Notes: generated from the sequence alone by a model not told the origin. A stretch of DNA of 64,000 bases from an uncultured delta proteobacterium (GCA_963803435.1 CAWDML010000001.1:2080001-2144000); one strand, 5' to 3'; positions 17,496 to 28,619 are shown, counted from the first letter of the stretch. Program-made: numbers and translations.

Positions 17496-19581
17496 CTACG
17501 GGCGCTCGGTCACCTCACCCGCCAGCGTGAAGAGCGCGGTCAGATCGGCGGCCGGGATCTGGGCGTGGCTCCCGTCGTCCCGATCTCGATCCCAGACATT
17601 CCAGCTGGAACCGCCGTCGCGCGAGTACTCGGCGCGCGATTCGGCGTCCGACCAGACGACGCTGCGCGTGGTGATGTTCACCTCGTCCGTCCCGATGAAG
17701 TAGCTCCCGGAGCTGGAGGAGAGCTCGAGCGTGTAGCGGCTGCCGGCGCGGAGGAGCGCGGTGCCGCCGAAGTCGGCGTAGACCCATGGCACCGCGATGC
17801 GCGCGCCGCCCGCGTCCGTCTGGTAGAAGCTCGAGACCTGCCCGAGCCGGCTCGCAGCCACGCTCGCCTCCAAGAGGTGCGCGCCGGAAGCGTCCTTGAT
17901 CGTCGCGATCAGCGCGCCGCTCCCGGAAGAGCGGCCGGCCCGCAGCCAGACGCCACGCACCGTGCGCGACGCGTCTCGCACGCGAATCACCTGGCGGACG
18001 CGGTTTGCGCCGCCAATCAGCTTCGCGCCGCTCCCGTTGACGCCTGCGTATCCGGTGCCGTCGAGGGTCCCGTCGGTGTAGCGGAGCGCGTAGTCTGGCA
18101 GCACGGTGTTGCCGCTCTCCTGCTCGCGCGTGGTCCAGCCCTCGCCGGCGGCGTGCCGGTACATCACCTGGAGGCGCGAGCCGTAGTACGGGCCGCCGGG
18201 CGGTGAGAGCGACGCCGTGGTGAAGCTCCCGTTCACCACGGTGAGCCCGGTGCTCGGGCTGCGCTGCGTGATCACCAGGTGGTAGCGCTGTCCGGCCGTG
18301 ACGGCGAGCGGGTGATCGAGCGTCACCTCGGGGTGCGCATCGAAGCTGTTGGCGCAGTAGTAGGTGACGCCGGCGCGCGTGCCCACGACGCGCGGGTTCG
18401 AGCCGACCGGGCGAATCGTGCGGGTGCCGGTGGCGAGCACGTGCCCGGACGGATGTCCGGCGCCGTCATCGCTCTGGACCGTCACCTGGAGCAGGCCGCC
18501 GTCGCCCCAGTGGTAGCCGCCGATGTACATCCGCTCCATCTTGCAGTCGGCGCTGTACGTCGGGCTGCAGCTCGGCCACTTGTACGTGCTGTCCCACTCG
18601 CCGCAGGTCAGCACGCGGACTTGCCAGACGACCGCGCTGAGGGTTCCGGTGCGCTCCGCCGCGAAGCGCAGCGATGCCTGGTAGCCGTAGCGCCGCGTGT
18701 GTCCCCAGGACTCGCCGTGGACCGCGGCACCGTACATCACGCCGCAGAGCGGGAGCTCCGGGTGGGGACACCCGTCGGTGCCGGTGGGCGAGGACGGCGG
18801 AGGCGGAGCGGTGGCGCCATCTCGGAGGGGATCGGATCTCGTTGGCGCTCAGCGCGCGGGCGTAGACGGACAGCTCGTCGATGCGGCCGCGGAAGAAGCT
18901 GTCGAAGTTGGCACCGTGGTCGTTCGTCCCGGCACCGATGTCGAGCGGCGTCGTGTCGTGCGGAATCGCGCCCGTCTTGGCGATGGAGGCGTCCTCGGCG
19001 CCGTCGACGTAGAGCCGCAGTCGAGTGCCGTCGTAGGTCATCGCCGCGTGCACCCAGCTCCCGACCGGGAGCGGCGTGGCCCCGACCAGGAAGGTGCCGC
19101 TCGTCGTGTAGACGTAGCCGGACAGCTTGCCGTGGTAGATCCCGAGGTGGAACTGATCTTCACTACCGGTGCCGTGCTCGCGGACCGCAATCGCGGCCCA
19201 GCTCGCCGGCTGCGCTGAGGTCTGCCGGACCCAGGCCACCACCGTCACCGCGCCCGAGATCGCGTCGGCGCGCAGCGCGCCCGAGGTGACCAGCCTGCCC
19301 CCAATCCCGTCGAGCTCGAGCGCGCGTCCCGAGACCCCCGCGCTGCGTACGACTCCGCCGCTCGGGACCGCGACGTTGCCGTATCCGCTGGCGTCGGCCG
19401 CCTCGCCGCCGCTCTCGTCGAACGTGTAGCGGGCGACGACGCCGGCCGGTCCGACTGCGTCAATCGTTTCGGCCTGAGGCGCCTCGGGGCCGGGTCCGCA
19501 GCCGCAGCAGAGGAGGAGCGCCGCTCGGATGAGCGAGCGGTGGTGATCGATGGGTGGGGTGGTAGATGGCGGAAGCATCAT
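17496..19581 (-). CDS. Secreted LamG/concanavalin-like domain protein, frameshift near 18830
   Basis: VARYTFDE, WVHAAMTYDGTRLRLYVDG, FRGRIDELSVYARALSANEI; continues in the 17496-18740 frame. Confidence 0.75.
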
Positions 19582-19770
19582 CGGGGGCGCGCCTCCGCAA
19601 GCGACGCGCCACCAGGCGTGCGCAGTGATGTCCTCTCCTTGGCGCGCTCGATCGAGACTGGCCGTCCCGCCTCGGAGACTCGGGGTCTCAGGAGGATCGC
19701 GCCTTGCTCCCCCGGGAGGAGTCAGGCGAAGCTCGCAGGACGCACCCGCAGCATTGCAGGATCCCGCCCC

Positions 19771-20140
19771 ATGCAGGCCGCACCGGCGCGGCGGTCCTGC
19801 TGCTCACCGCCCTCGCCGGCTGCGGTCCGCGGGCGTTCCTCCTGTTGGAGGTGGAGTCGGCCCTCACGATCCCGGATCGAGATCGACACGCTCGACCTCG
19901 AGGTCGAGCGGCGCGAGCGAGAGGACTGGGTCGCGCTCGACGCTCGCTCGAATCCCGCTCGACGCGGCCGATCGCTTTCCATTCAGCGTGGTCTACGAGC
20001 CGAGCGCGGAGACGCCGCGCATCCTGAGGATCCGGACGCTCGGCCGCCTGATGAGCCGGCAGGTCGCCGAGACCACCGTCGAGGTCGCGTGGGGAGAGGA
20101 TCGGGTCAACCGCGTCGCCGTGGTGCTCCCACTGGAGTGA
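19771..20140 (+). CDS. Small lipoprotein, frameshifted
   Basis: LLLTALAGC..FLLLEVESALTIP / EIDTLDLEV.. / FPFSVVYEP..RVAVVLPLE pieces in shifting frames. Confidence 0.5.
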
Positions 20141-20143
20141 CGA

Positions 20144-21655
20144 ATGCGCCCCTCCGCTCTGCTCGCGCCGATCCCATTACTGCTCGTTGCGTGCGAGCTT
20201 CCGGTCGAGACGGTCTGCGCCGAGGGAGAATGCGTGGTCGTCGAGGCCGCCCCGACACCGCCGTTCGATCTCGAGCTCGGCCGCGTGCCGCTCGATCTCA
20301 CGCGCACGCCCACGATCGAGTTCGCCCCGGGGATGCTCGGCAATCCCGGTGCGGGGCCACTCCGCCACCAGGCGCGGGTCGAGCGCGACGACGGTGTGGT
20401 GGTCGCCCCCTGGAGTGACGTGGTCGCGGGAGGCGCGATCGCGGGGCTCTCGCTCGAGCCGGACACGCGCTACCGACTGAGCCTGCGCGCCGTCGACGCC
20501 GAGGAGCGCACGAGCGCCGAGGTGCCGAGCCCGGCCTGGCGGGCGCGCGCGGTGCAGCCGATCCTGGAGCGTACCTTCGAGACGACGGTCGACGTCCCGG
20601 CCGGAGCGATCGTGCCGGTCGACGGCGCGAGCCTGTCGATCTCGCCGCGCGAGCCGGGCGAGCGCTGGCTGGTCTTCCTGTCGGTGGGGATCCGCAACGA
20701 TCCGACCTACCTGAGCGCGCAGGTCCAGCTCTCGTCCGGCGGCCAGGTCCTCACAGAGGGCGGAGCCTATACGAGCGCGCCCGACGTCACCGGCTCGTTC
20801 GGCGACTTCGTCCTCATCGCGCCGTCCGTGACCACCACCGTCTCGCTCCAGCTGATGGGCCGCAACCAGACGCTCCACGTCCAGCTGATCGACGGACACC
20901 TGACGGCGTTCCCGCTCCGGCGCGACCAGGAGGCGCACTACCGCACGATCGATGCGCCGGTGACCGTCCGCGATCGAACGTGGAGCACGCAGCTGGTCCA
21001 CACGGCCACCGTCGCCGGCGGCGACTACCTCCTGCTGCTCGGCGCGGTCATCACCGAGCGCCCGGACGCGCAGAGCGTCTACCTGCGCTGGTCGAGCTCC
21101 GGCGTCTATCTGCCTCAGGTCGCCGAGACGCACGGCTACGATGACCTCGGCTCCGCGAGCCACGTCGTCGTCCGCAGGATCACGCTCCCTCCGGGACCGA
21201 GCACGGTCCGCTGGGAGGGCTACTCGATGGCGAGAGGGACGATCGAGCAGGGCCGCACGCTGTGGCTCTCCACGGACGCGATCTCCACGCTCGACCTCCT
21301 CTCGCTCCCCGGCCCGGTGCCGGTCGGCGAGACCACGCCGGTGAGCGTCGCGTCGCTCGACGTCGCGATCGATGAGCAGGCCCCCGGGATCCGACTGGCC
21401 GCCGCCACCTTCGACGACCGCTGCGTCATCGACGCCATGCCGCACGATCGCCTCTACTCGCTGTCGGCCGACGGCCGAGCGCTGGCGACGAACCTCTACC
21501 GGGCGCCGGTCTGCCTCCTCTCGTCGAGCTTCCTGCGGGTCTGGAGGGCCGAAGAGCTGGACCGACACCTCCGGCTCGACGTCGCCACGTCGGTCGCGGG
21601 CCCGAAGGAGGAGGTGATCGTGGAGAGCGCCTCCCTGCTCGGGCTGACGCCTTAG
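20144..21655 (+). CDS. Hypothetical lipoprotein with an FN3-like segment
   Basis: LLLVAC lipobox; GLSLEPDTRYRLSLRAVD; long ORF with coding bias. Confidence 0.7.
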   Translation: MRPSALLAPIPLLLVACELPVETVCAEGECVVVEAAPTPPFDLELGRVPLDLTRTPTIEFAPGMLGNPGAGPLRHQARVERDDGVVVAPWSDVVAGGAIAGLSLEPDTRYRLSLRAVDAEERTSAEVPSPAWRARAVQPILERTFETTVDVPAGAIVPVDGASLSISPREPGERWLVFLSVGIRNDPTYLSAQVQLSSGGQVLTEGGAYTSAPDVTGSFGDFVLIAPSVTTTVSLQLMGRNQTLHVQLIDGHLTAFPLRRDQEAHYRTIDAPVTVRDRTWSTQLVHTATVAGGDYLLLLGAVITERPDAQSVYLRWSSSGVYLPQVAETHGYDDLGSASHVVVRRITLPPGPSTVRWEGYSMARGTIEQGRTLWLSTDAISTLDLLSLPGPVPVGETTPVSVASLDVAIDEQAPGIRLAAATFDDRCVIDAMPHDRLYSLSADGRALATNLYRAPVCLLSSSFLRVWRAEELDRHLRLDVATSVAGPKEEVIVESASLLGLTP

Positions 21656-21811
21656 AACCGGCCGAAAACCTCCGAATCGTCCGCTGCGCGAATGCCAGAA
21701 CAGGTGCAACAGGGAGGCTCTCGCTGTTCAGAGGACCCTAGGAGCGTGTAGCGCGTAGCGCTACCGCGAGCCCGGTCCGGGTGCCGGTCCCGGTCCCGGT
21801 CCCGATGGCGA

Positions 21812-22111
21812 TCATGCAGCCCGGCGTGCGTTCATCGACTTGATGAGGCGCGTGAGCATCTCGACAACGCGCTTGAGCTTGGCTCTGGCGGCTTGGACCT
21901 TCTGCTCGTTGGCGAGTCGGCGCCTCAAGCAGGTGTGGAGTGAGGCGGCGCTTTCGGTGCCAGAGCGAAGTGCCATCCGGTAGAAGCGAGCCTTCTCAGA
22001 GTGGATTGAACTCTCCGGCGCCCTCGGCGGTGTTGTTCACGATGGAATCGGATGCCCGCCGAAGCTGATCGCGGAGGTGAGCGTGACCGGGTTGCAGTTC
22101 TTGTGCGATCT
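21812..22111 (-). pseudogene. Four helix bundle protein, 5'-truncated copy
   Basis: Near-identical reverse complement of about 12930-13228, with an extra base. Confidence 0.8.
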
Positions 22112-22513
22112 GGACGGCACACCGAGGCCCAACGCTCAGAGGAACTTCACCGACTCAGACAGCAGGATCATGTTGAAGGAGGGAGCGTACCTCCAGGCCT
22201 ACAATGCCCAAGTTGTCGTAGATGAGCACGCTCAGGTGATTGTCGCCGAAGGGGTCAGCAACCAGGCACCTGATCAGCAACACCTCGTCCCGATGCTCCG
22301 TGATGTGTTCGGCAACTGCGGCGCAAGGCGGTCTACGCCCGCAGGAAGAGTATCGTCGAACCGGCGCTCGGACAGATCAAAGGGGCACGAGGATTCCGCC
22401 GGTTCTCGCTACGCTCCTTCTTCAAGGTACGAGCCGAGTGGACGCTCGTCTGCCTCACCCACAACCTGCTCAAGCTCTACCAATCGAAGCTCGCGACCGT
22501 CGCGAGCGTCTGA
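22112..22513 (+). pseudogene. IS1182 family transposase fragments
   Basis: NFTDSDSRIM..; after an internal deletion near 22323, KAVYARRKSIVEPALGQIKGARGFRRFSLR..EWTLVCLTHNLLKLY. Confidence 0.85.
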
Positions 22514-22599
22514 CTCAAGGCAGCCATCTTCAGATCGGGACCCGGACCGGGACCGGGACCCGGACCGGGGTCGCGTGAGCGCTTACGCGCTACACGCTC

Positions 22600-23127
22600 C
22601 TAGTGGAGCTGGAACGGCCCGTAGGTGCTATCGGGCGGAGACGGATGGGCCCGGGCGTACGCGACGTAGGCGCCGGCGCCGATCGCGGCCGCGGCGGCGC
22701 CCACCGCCACCCAGAACCAGGGCGAGCTGACGAGCGAAGGCGAGGGCGTCTCGGGCGGTGGCAGGGCCGCGATCGCGGTCGTCGCCGTGCTGCTCGGCGG
22801 CGACGGAAGCGAGAGGCGGGCCTCCCGGAGCGCGCGGCGAATCTTCGGCGACGGGTACTCGGGCCCGACGTAGCGCGGATCGAGCTGGAGGACCTGGCGA
22901 TAGACCGTGACGGCCTCGTCGAAGTCGTCGCGCGCCAGGTAGACGGTGGCGAGGAGCTCGAGCAGCTCGACGCGCGCGCGAGGCTCGACCTCGGTTCGCA
23001 CCGCCTCCTCGATGATCCCTCGGGCCTCATCGAGCTCGAAGCTCTGGTATGCCTCGTTCGCGCGCTCGAGCGCGCTGCCCTGGGAAGGAGAGGCGGCGAC
23101 GGCGAGGAGGAGGAGCGCGGGGATCAT
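22600..23127 (-). CDS. Secreted TPR protein with a C-terminal membrane segment
   Basis: Signal peptide; LATVYLARDDFDEAVTVYRQVLQLDP; PWFWVAVGAAAAAIGAG. Confidence 0.8.
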   Translation of the reverse strand: MIPALLLLAVAASPSQGSALERANEAYQSFELDEARGIIEEAVRTEVEPRARVELLELLATVYLARDDFDEAVTVYRQVLQLDPRYVGPEYPSPKIRRALREARLSLPSPPSSTATTAIAALPPPETPSPSLVSSPWFWVAVGAAAAAIGAGAYVAYARAHPSPPDSTYGPFQLH

Positions 23128-24443
23128 CCGTCGGACTCGAGGAGGCCGTGCTTCACCGAGAGGCGCCGGAAGTAGGCCCGGTCCATCCCGGCGGAGCGTG
23201 CGGCTCGGGAGAGGTTCCCGACGGCCTGCCGGAGGTGGTGCCGGACGTAATCCCGCTCGAACGCCTCGAGCACGGCCTTGCGGGCCTCCGCGTACGGTCG
23301 GTCCTGGAGCTCCGCTCGACCCGGCTCGCTCTGCTCGCTCTTCTCCTCCTTCGACTGGATCGATCGCGGGACGTGCCCGAGCGACAGCGAGCGAACCGCG
23401 TTCCTCAGCTCGCGGACGTTGCCCGGCCAGTCGTAGCCGGAGGTCAGGAGCTCGAGCGTCTCGCCGGAGAGCGTGAAGGCCGACCGCCCCTCCTCGGAGG
23501 CGAACTGCTCCACCAGCAGCGGGATGTCCTCGCGCCGCGCACGCAGCGGAGGAATGTCGAGCTGGACCACGTTGACTCGATAGTAGAGGTCCGAGCGAAA
23601 GCGGCGCTCGGCGACCTCGAGATCCAGGTCGCGGTTGGTGGCCGCGACGATGCGAACGTCGACGGCGGTCGTCTCCTCGGAGCCGAGCCGGCGGATCGTC
23701 CCGCTCTCCAGTGCGCGAAGCAGCCGCGGCTGCAGCTCGAGCGGGAGGTCACCGAGCTCGTCGAGAAGCAGCGTACCGTCGTGGGCACGCTCGAAGACGC
23801 CGCGGTGATCCGTGAGGGCGCCCGTGAACGCGCCCTTGGTATGACCGAACAGCTCGCTCTCGATCAGGCTTGGGGGGACGGCGCCACAGTCGAAGACCTC
23901 GAACGGCCCGCCGGCGCGCCGGGAGCGGCGATGGATCTCCTCCGCCACCCGCTCCTTCCCGACGCCGGTCTCGCCCAGGAGCAGCACCGGAGTCTCGCTC
24001 GACTCGAGCTGCTCGAGGCTGGCGTAGAGGGCCTGCATCGCCCGGGAGGTGCCGAGGAGCCTGCCGTAGTGATCGCGCAGCGCGCGCGGGGCGTCCGGGC
24101 GATCCTCCTCATTGCCGAGCAGCAGCACCGTCCGTCCCAGGCGGAGCATCGCGCCCGCGCCGATCGTCACGCGATGCACCAGCACCTCCCGGTAGCGCGT
24201 ACCGTTCGTGCTCCCCAGATCCTCGACCATGATCCCGCCGCTCTCGTCGACGGCAAGCCGAGCGTGGCGGGCGGAGACGGCGGCGTCCGTCAGGGTCAAC
24301 GCACAGCTCGCGTCGGTGCCGACCTCGATCGGCGCTCGATCGAGGGTCAGCTTCCGGCCGCGATCGGGTCCTTCGATCACGGCCAGCTGGTAACGCCCAG
24401 GTCCCAAGACGGCGCCGTCGAGCCGTTCAGTGCCTTGCTTCAC
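23124..24443 (-). CDS. FHA-domain sigma54-dependent transcriptional activator
   Basis: VSARHA..DLGSTNGT (FHA), GETGVGKE, GAFTGA, WPGNVRELRN, Fis HTH. Confidence 0.95.
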   Translation of the reverse strand: MKQGTERLDGAVLGPGRYQLAVIEGPDRGRKLTLDRAPIEVGTDASCALTLTDAAVSARHARLAVDESGGIMVEDLGSTNGTRYREVLVHRVTIGAGAMLRLGRTVLLLGNEEDRPDAPRALRDHYGRLLGTSRAMQALYASLEQLESSETPVLLLGETGVGKERVAEEIHRRSRRAGGPFEVFDCGAVPPSLIESELFGHTKGAFTGALTDHRGVFERAHDGTLLLDELGDLPLELQPRLLRALESGTIRRLGSEETTAVDVRIVAATNRDLDLEVAERRFRSDLYYRVNVVQLDIPPLRARREDIPLLVEQFASEEGRSAFTLSGETLELLTSGYDWPGNVRELRNAVRSLSLGHVPRSIQSKEEKSEQSEPGRAELQDRPYAEARKAVLEAFERDYVRHHLRQAVGNLSRAARSAGMDRAYFRRLSVKHGLLESDG

Positions 24444-24519
24444 CGTCCGCGGAGGATGTCCGACGACCGCTGCGTGTGCAAGCGATCCAACCATCGACTA
24501 TGCTGGCAGGCGGCTCGCG

Positions 24520-26202
24520 ATGAAGCGCCGGCCCCGCATCGATCGATATCGTCTCGAGCGCCGTCTCGCCGCCGGCGGCATGGGCGAGATCTACCTCGCG
24601 GGCGTCGAGGGACCGGGGGGCTTTCGACGGCGCGTGGTCCTCAAGCGAATGCTCCCGCACGCGCTCGCGAGCCGCGAGCTGCGCGAGCGCTTTCTGCGGG
24701 AAGCCCGGCTGGCGGCCCGCTTTCACCACCCGAACCTGGTGCCGGTGCTCGAGCTCCTCGACGTCGGTGGCGAGCTGGTGATGGTGCTCGAGCACCTCGA
24801 GGGTTGGGACCTCGCCCATCTCTTTTGCGAGAGCATCTCTCGGCAGCAGCCGTTCCCGGAGGGCGTGAGCTGCCGGATCGTCTGCGAGGCGGCCTCGGGC
24901 CTCGACTACGCGCACGAGCTCGCAGACGATCGCGGCGAGCCGCTCCAGATCGTGCACCGCGACGTGAAGCCGGGGAACATCTTCGTGACCGTCGAAGGCT
25001 CGGTGCGGATCTTCGACTTCGGGATCGCGAAGACCTCCGAGGAGCAGCTCACCTCCGCCGATGCCGTTCAGGGCACCCTCGCGTTCATGGCCCCGGAGCA
25101 CGTGCGCGGGGAGCCGGTGTCGCGAGCCTCCGACATCTTCTCGCTGGGCGTCGTGCTGTTCCAGCTGCTCTCGCAGCTCCCGTTCTATCCTCGCAAACCT
25201 CCGCGCGTGCTGGCAGCGCACATCGAGGGCTACGCCGGCTGCGAAGATCGCATGGGCAAGTTGCCGGCCGCCACCCCGGAGCGCCTGCGCGCGATCCTCA
25301 CCAGGATGCTGGCCGCCGATCCAGGGGCGCGCTTTCAGACCGCGGGTGAGGTCGCGCTCGAGCTCGAGGCCTTCCTCGCCGACACGACCGGCCCGGTGCG
25401 CGCGCCGGACGTGGCTTCGTTCGTCGAGACGCTCCGCTCACCCGATCCCTCGATCCTCCTCCAGGACGTGGAGTCGCTCCAGAAGATCGCTCCTTCGGAT
25501 CGATTCGCGGATCCGACGGTCGACCTTCAACCTCGCTGGTCCACCGCCGTGCCCGACACGGTGCAGCTCTCGCCGGCCGGAACGCTCCGGAGGATCGCAG
25601 TCGCGGCCATCTTTCTGCTCGTGACCGCCTCGACCGCCGCGGCCACCTGGAAGCTGACCGGCGATCCGCCGACGCCGCTACCTTCCGCCGCGCCGGTGAC
25701 AACCTCGTCGGTCGCGCCATCGATCGCCCCCGAGATCGCGGAGGAGCGACCACCCGCACCCGCTCCCCGCCCGCCAGAGACGGCGCCAGAGTCGGGCGAG
25801 CTCGCGATCGACTGCACGCCGCCGGCCGAGATCGTCCACCGCGGCCGCTCGTGGGGGATGACGCCCGTGCTCCGCGGAGGCCTCGCGCCGGGCCCGATCA
25901 CGCTCCAGCTCACCAGCCGCGCGCTCGGGTTCACCAAGCGCCTGCGCCTCCGGATCGAGCCGGGCAAGCGGACCGTTCGGGCGCTGGCGCTGCAGAAGGG
26001 GCGGCTCGCGGTGCTCGTCGATCCCTGGGCCGACGTCTACCTCGCGGGCCGGAAGATCGGGACCACTCCACTGGATGCGATCGAGCTGTACGAGGGGCGC
26101 TATCAGCTCCGACTCGTCAACCCCGAGACCGGACGGGCCAGGACGAGGTCGATCGAGATCGCGCCGGGACAGCTGAGACGAGTGCAAGTCGACCTGCGCT
26201 GA
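24520..26202 (+). CDS. Ser/Thr protein kinase with TM and PEGA-like domains
   Basis: GGMGEIY, HRDVKPGN, DFGIAK, APE; PWADVYL..IGTTPL. Confidence 0.93.
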   Translation: MKRRPRIDRYRLERRLAAGGMGEIYLAGVEGPGGFRRRVVLKRMLPHALASRELRERFLREARLAARFHHPNLVPVLELLDVGGELVMVLEHLEGWDLAHLFCESISRQQPFPEGVSCRIVCEAASGLDYAHELADDRGEPLQIVHRDVKPGNIFVTVEGSVRIFDFGIAKTSEEQLTSADAVQGTLAFMAPEHVRGEPVSRASDIFSLGVVLFQLLSQLPFYPRKPPRVLAAHIEGYAGCEDRMGKLPAATPERLRAILTRMLAADPGARFQTAGEVALELEAFLADTTGPVRAPDVASFVETLRSPDPSILLQDVESLQKIAPSDRFADPTVDLQPRWSTAVPDTVQLSPAGTLRRIAVAAIFLLVTASTAAATWKLTGDPPTPLPSAAPVTTSSVAPSIAPEIAEERPPAPAPRPPETAPESGELAIDCTPPAEIVHRGRSWGMTPVLRGGLAPGPITLQLTSRALGFTKRLRLRIEPGKRTVRALALQKGRLAVLVDPWADVYLAGRKIGTTPLDAIELYEGRYQLRLVNPETGRARTRSIEIAPGQLRRVQVDLR

Positions 26203-26362
26203 GCTCAACGACGCGACGAGAACGCGCGCAGGTCCTGCTCGGCAGCGCATCGCATCGCCTCCGCCTTCATCCGCTTCGCCCGCGTCAGCATGCGCTTCAT
26301 CGATCGGATCGCGGGGCGCCGGTCGGCTTCGAGGGCGCGTTCGCACCAGGCTAGCGCTTACA

Positions 26363-26480
26363 GCCGGTCCAGAAACCGTTCCGTTCGCAGTTTGCTGTTT
26401 CGTCGTTCTGTCATTCGCTGTTCGATCCGGCGATGAAGGGCGATGACATCGCAGAACGACTGCTCAAGTTTGCGAAGCGC
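26363..26480 (+). repeat. R2 repeat end followed by a four-helix-bundle gene stub
   Basis: gccggtccagaaaccgttccgttcgc..cgttctgtcattcgctgttc, then MKGDDIAERLLKFAKR at 26433. Confidence 0.6.
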
Positions 26481-26677
26481 TTAGCGAAGCTGCGCCGCAA
26501 ACGCTCGAGTTCACTCGAATTCCGCGCTGGCGCAGGCCAGCACCACCACCAGCGGGGCGCTTCGAGCGAGCCTCATGCCGCACACCTACCGCATCGAAGT
26601 GGTGACGTCTGCCGAGCTGCACGCGGCGCTCGACATGAGACCTCGCCCGACGCGCACCCGTTCAGAACGACCGCCCT

Positions 26678-27474
26678 TCAGTCCCGCAATGCACGCTGGA
26701 TGATCGATCGGTCGAAGTAGTTGATCGACATCCCCGCGTCGATGACGACCCGCTGCGCGTTGATCCCGGAGGCGCGATCGCGAGAGCAGGAACGCGATCG
26801 TGCTGGCCACCTCCTCGGTATCCACGCCCCGCTGTCGCGGGATCACGCGCTCGGCGTAGAGGTAGCTGTCGACGTAGCCCGGGATCCCGGCAGAGGCGTT
26901 GGTCTTGAGCAGCCCCGGGCAGACCGCGTTGAAGCGCACGCGGCGCTCGGCAAAGCTCTTCGCCAGAAACGCCACCGAGGAGTCGAGCGCCGCCTTCACC
27001 GGCGCCATGTAGCCGTAGTTCTCGGCCGCCATGCTGGTCGTGGAGATCGACACCGTCACCACCGAGGCTCCTTCGACGAGCAGCGGCGCGAACCCGTTCG
27101 CCATCTCGATCAGCGAGTGACAGGAGACCTGCATCGCCTGGAGGAAGTCGCGGCGCGAGACGCTGGTGGAAGGGCTTCTTGCCCTCCGAGTAGTCAGCGA
27201 AGGCGATCGAGTGGAGGAGCCCGTGCACAACGGGGTGGTCGGCGCCGATGGCCTGGGCGGCGCGCTCGATCGCGCCCTCCTCCTCCACGTCGCAGACGTA
27301 GATGTCGCCGGTGACCCGGGCCGAGAGCTCCTTCTTCCGGACCTCGGTGTGGACCAGGTACACCGGGGTGGCCCCCTCCTGCTCGAGGAGCTTGCCGGCG
27401 GCGAAAGCCACGCTCTTCTTGTTGGCCACGCCGGCGACCAGATAGGTCCGGCCTTCCAGCTCCAGGAAGCTCAT
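26678..27474 (-). CDS. fabI: Enoyl-ACP reductase (FabI-like), frameshifted
   Basis: [53 protein letters not shown]. Confidence 0.85.
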
Positions 27475-27923
27475 GTCTCTTCGGCCAGCATCACCGTGAA
27501 GTCGAGGGTGCAGACCACCTTCTCCTCGCACCGAATCACGCCCGTCATCATGTGCGCGCCCATCTTGGTGAGCTTGTGCTCGGCGAAGATCTCGAGCTCG
27601 TCGCCCGGCTTGATCATTCGCTTGAAACGAACGTGATTCAGCCGAGTCACGACCGGCGCGCCCTTCATGCCGGCGTCGAGGTTGTGCTTGACCGCCATCA
27701 GGTACGCGCCGGCCTGGAGCACGGCCTCGCACAGCAGCACGCCCGGCATGATGGGCTTGTTCGGGTAGTGGCCCTCGAACTGCGGCTCGTCGGCGCGAAC
27801 CTTGCGATGGGCGACGATCGTCTTGTCGGTCATGTCGACGATCTCGTCGATGAAGAGGAACGGCTCCCGGTGGGGGAGGATCTCCTTCACGGGTCGAATG
27901 TTCTTCTCAGATACCACCAGCAA
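27471..27923 (-). CDS. fabZ: 3-hydroxyacyl-ACP dehydratase
   Basis: LPHREPFLFID, FEGHYPNKPIMPGVLLCEA, RFKRMIKPGD. Confidence 0.9.
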   Translation of the reverse strand: MLVVSEKNIRPVKEILPHREPFLFIDEIVDMTDKTIVAHRKVRADEPQFEGHYPNKPIMPGVLLCEAVLQAGAYLMAVKHNLDAGMKGAPVVTRLNHVRFKRMIKPGDELEIFAEHKLTKMGAHMMTGVIRCEEKVVCTLDFTVMLAEET

Positions 27924-28619
27924 CCTCCAGGACTGCGCCCGTCACGTAGCTCGCTTCGCGGGACGCGAGGAAAAGCACCGCGGCCGCCACCTCGCGCGGC
28001 TCGGCGAATCGGCCCATCGGGACCATCGTGAGAAGCTCCCTCTTCTTGGCCTCGTCGAGGTCGGCCAGGAGCTCGGTGTCGACGAAGCCGGGCGAGACGC
28101 AGTTCACGGTGATGTTGCGCTTCGCCACCTCGCGCGCCAGCGAGCGGGCCAGCGCGATCTGCCCGCCTTGCTGGCGGCGTAGTTCGCCTGCCCGTGAAAG
28201 CCGAGGTGGGCGCTGGGCGAGACCACGTTGATGATGCGGCCGTAGCGCTGGCGCGACATGGCCTGCACCGCGAACTTGGACATGTGGAAGGTACCGTCGA
28301 GGTTGATCTCGAGGACGCCGCTTCCAATCCTCCTGGCGCATCATGCCCACGATGGCATCGCGGCGGATGCCGGCGTTGTTGACCAGCACCTGGACCGGAG
28401 CCTCGAGCCCGCCGAAGAAGCGCTCCGACCGCGGCGTGGTCGGAGACGTCGAGCTGCGCCAGCGTCAGCCGCTCGCGCCCCGGGCCCGTCCGGCGAAGCG
28501 CTCGGCGGCGGCGTCGTCATGTGCGCGTAGATCGCGGTCACCTGGGCGCCGCGGCTCAGGAACGCCTCGGTGAGCGCCGCGCCGATGCCGCGCGTGCCTC
28601 CGGTGACGATCACCCGCTG

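Larger units (their letters stand above)
21738..22603. mobile_element. Internally deleted IS1182-family element, copy B, with both terminal inverted repeats (CTAGGAGCGTGTAGCGCGT...ACGCGCTACACGCTCCTAG)
   Basis: 19-bp perfect TIR including CTAG, with internal (GGGACC)n tracts; contains a truncated four-helix-bundle gene (-) and transposase pieces (+). Confidence 0.85.
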
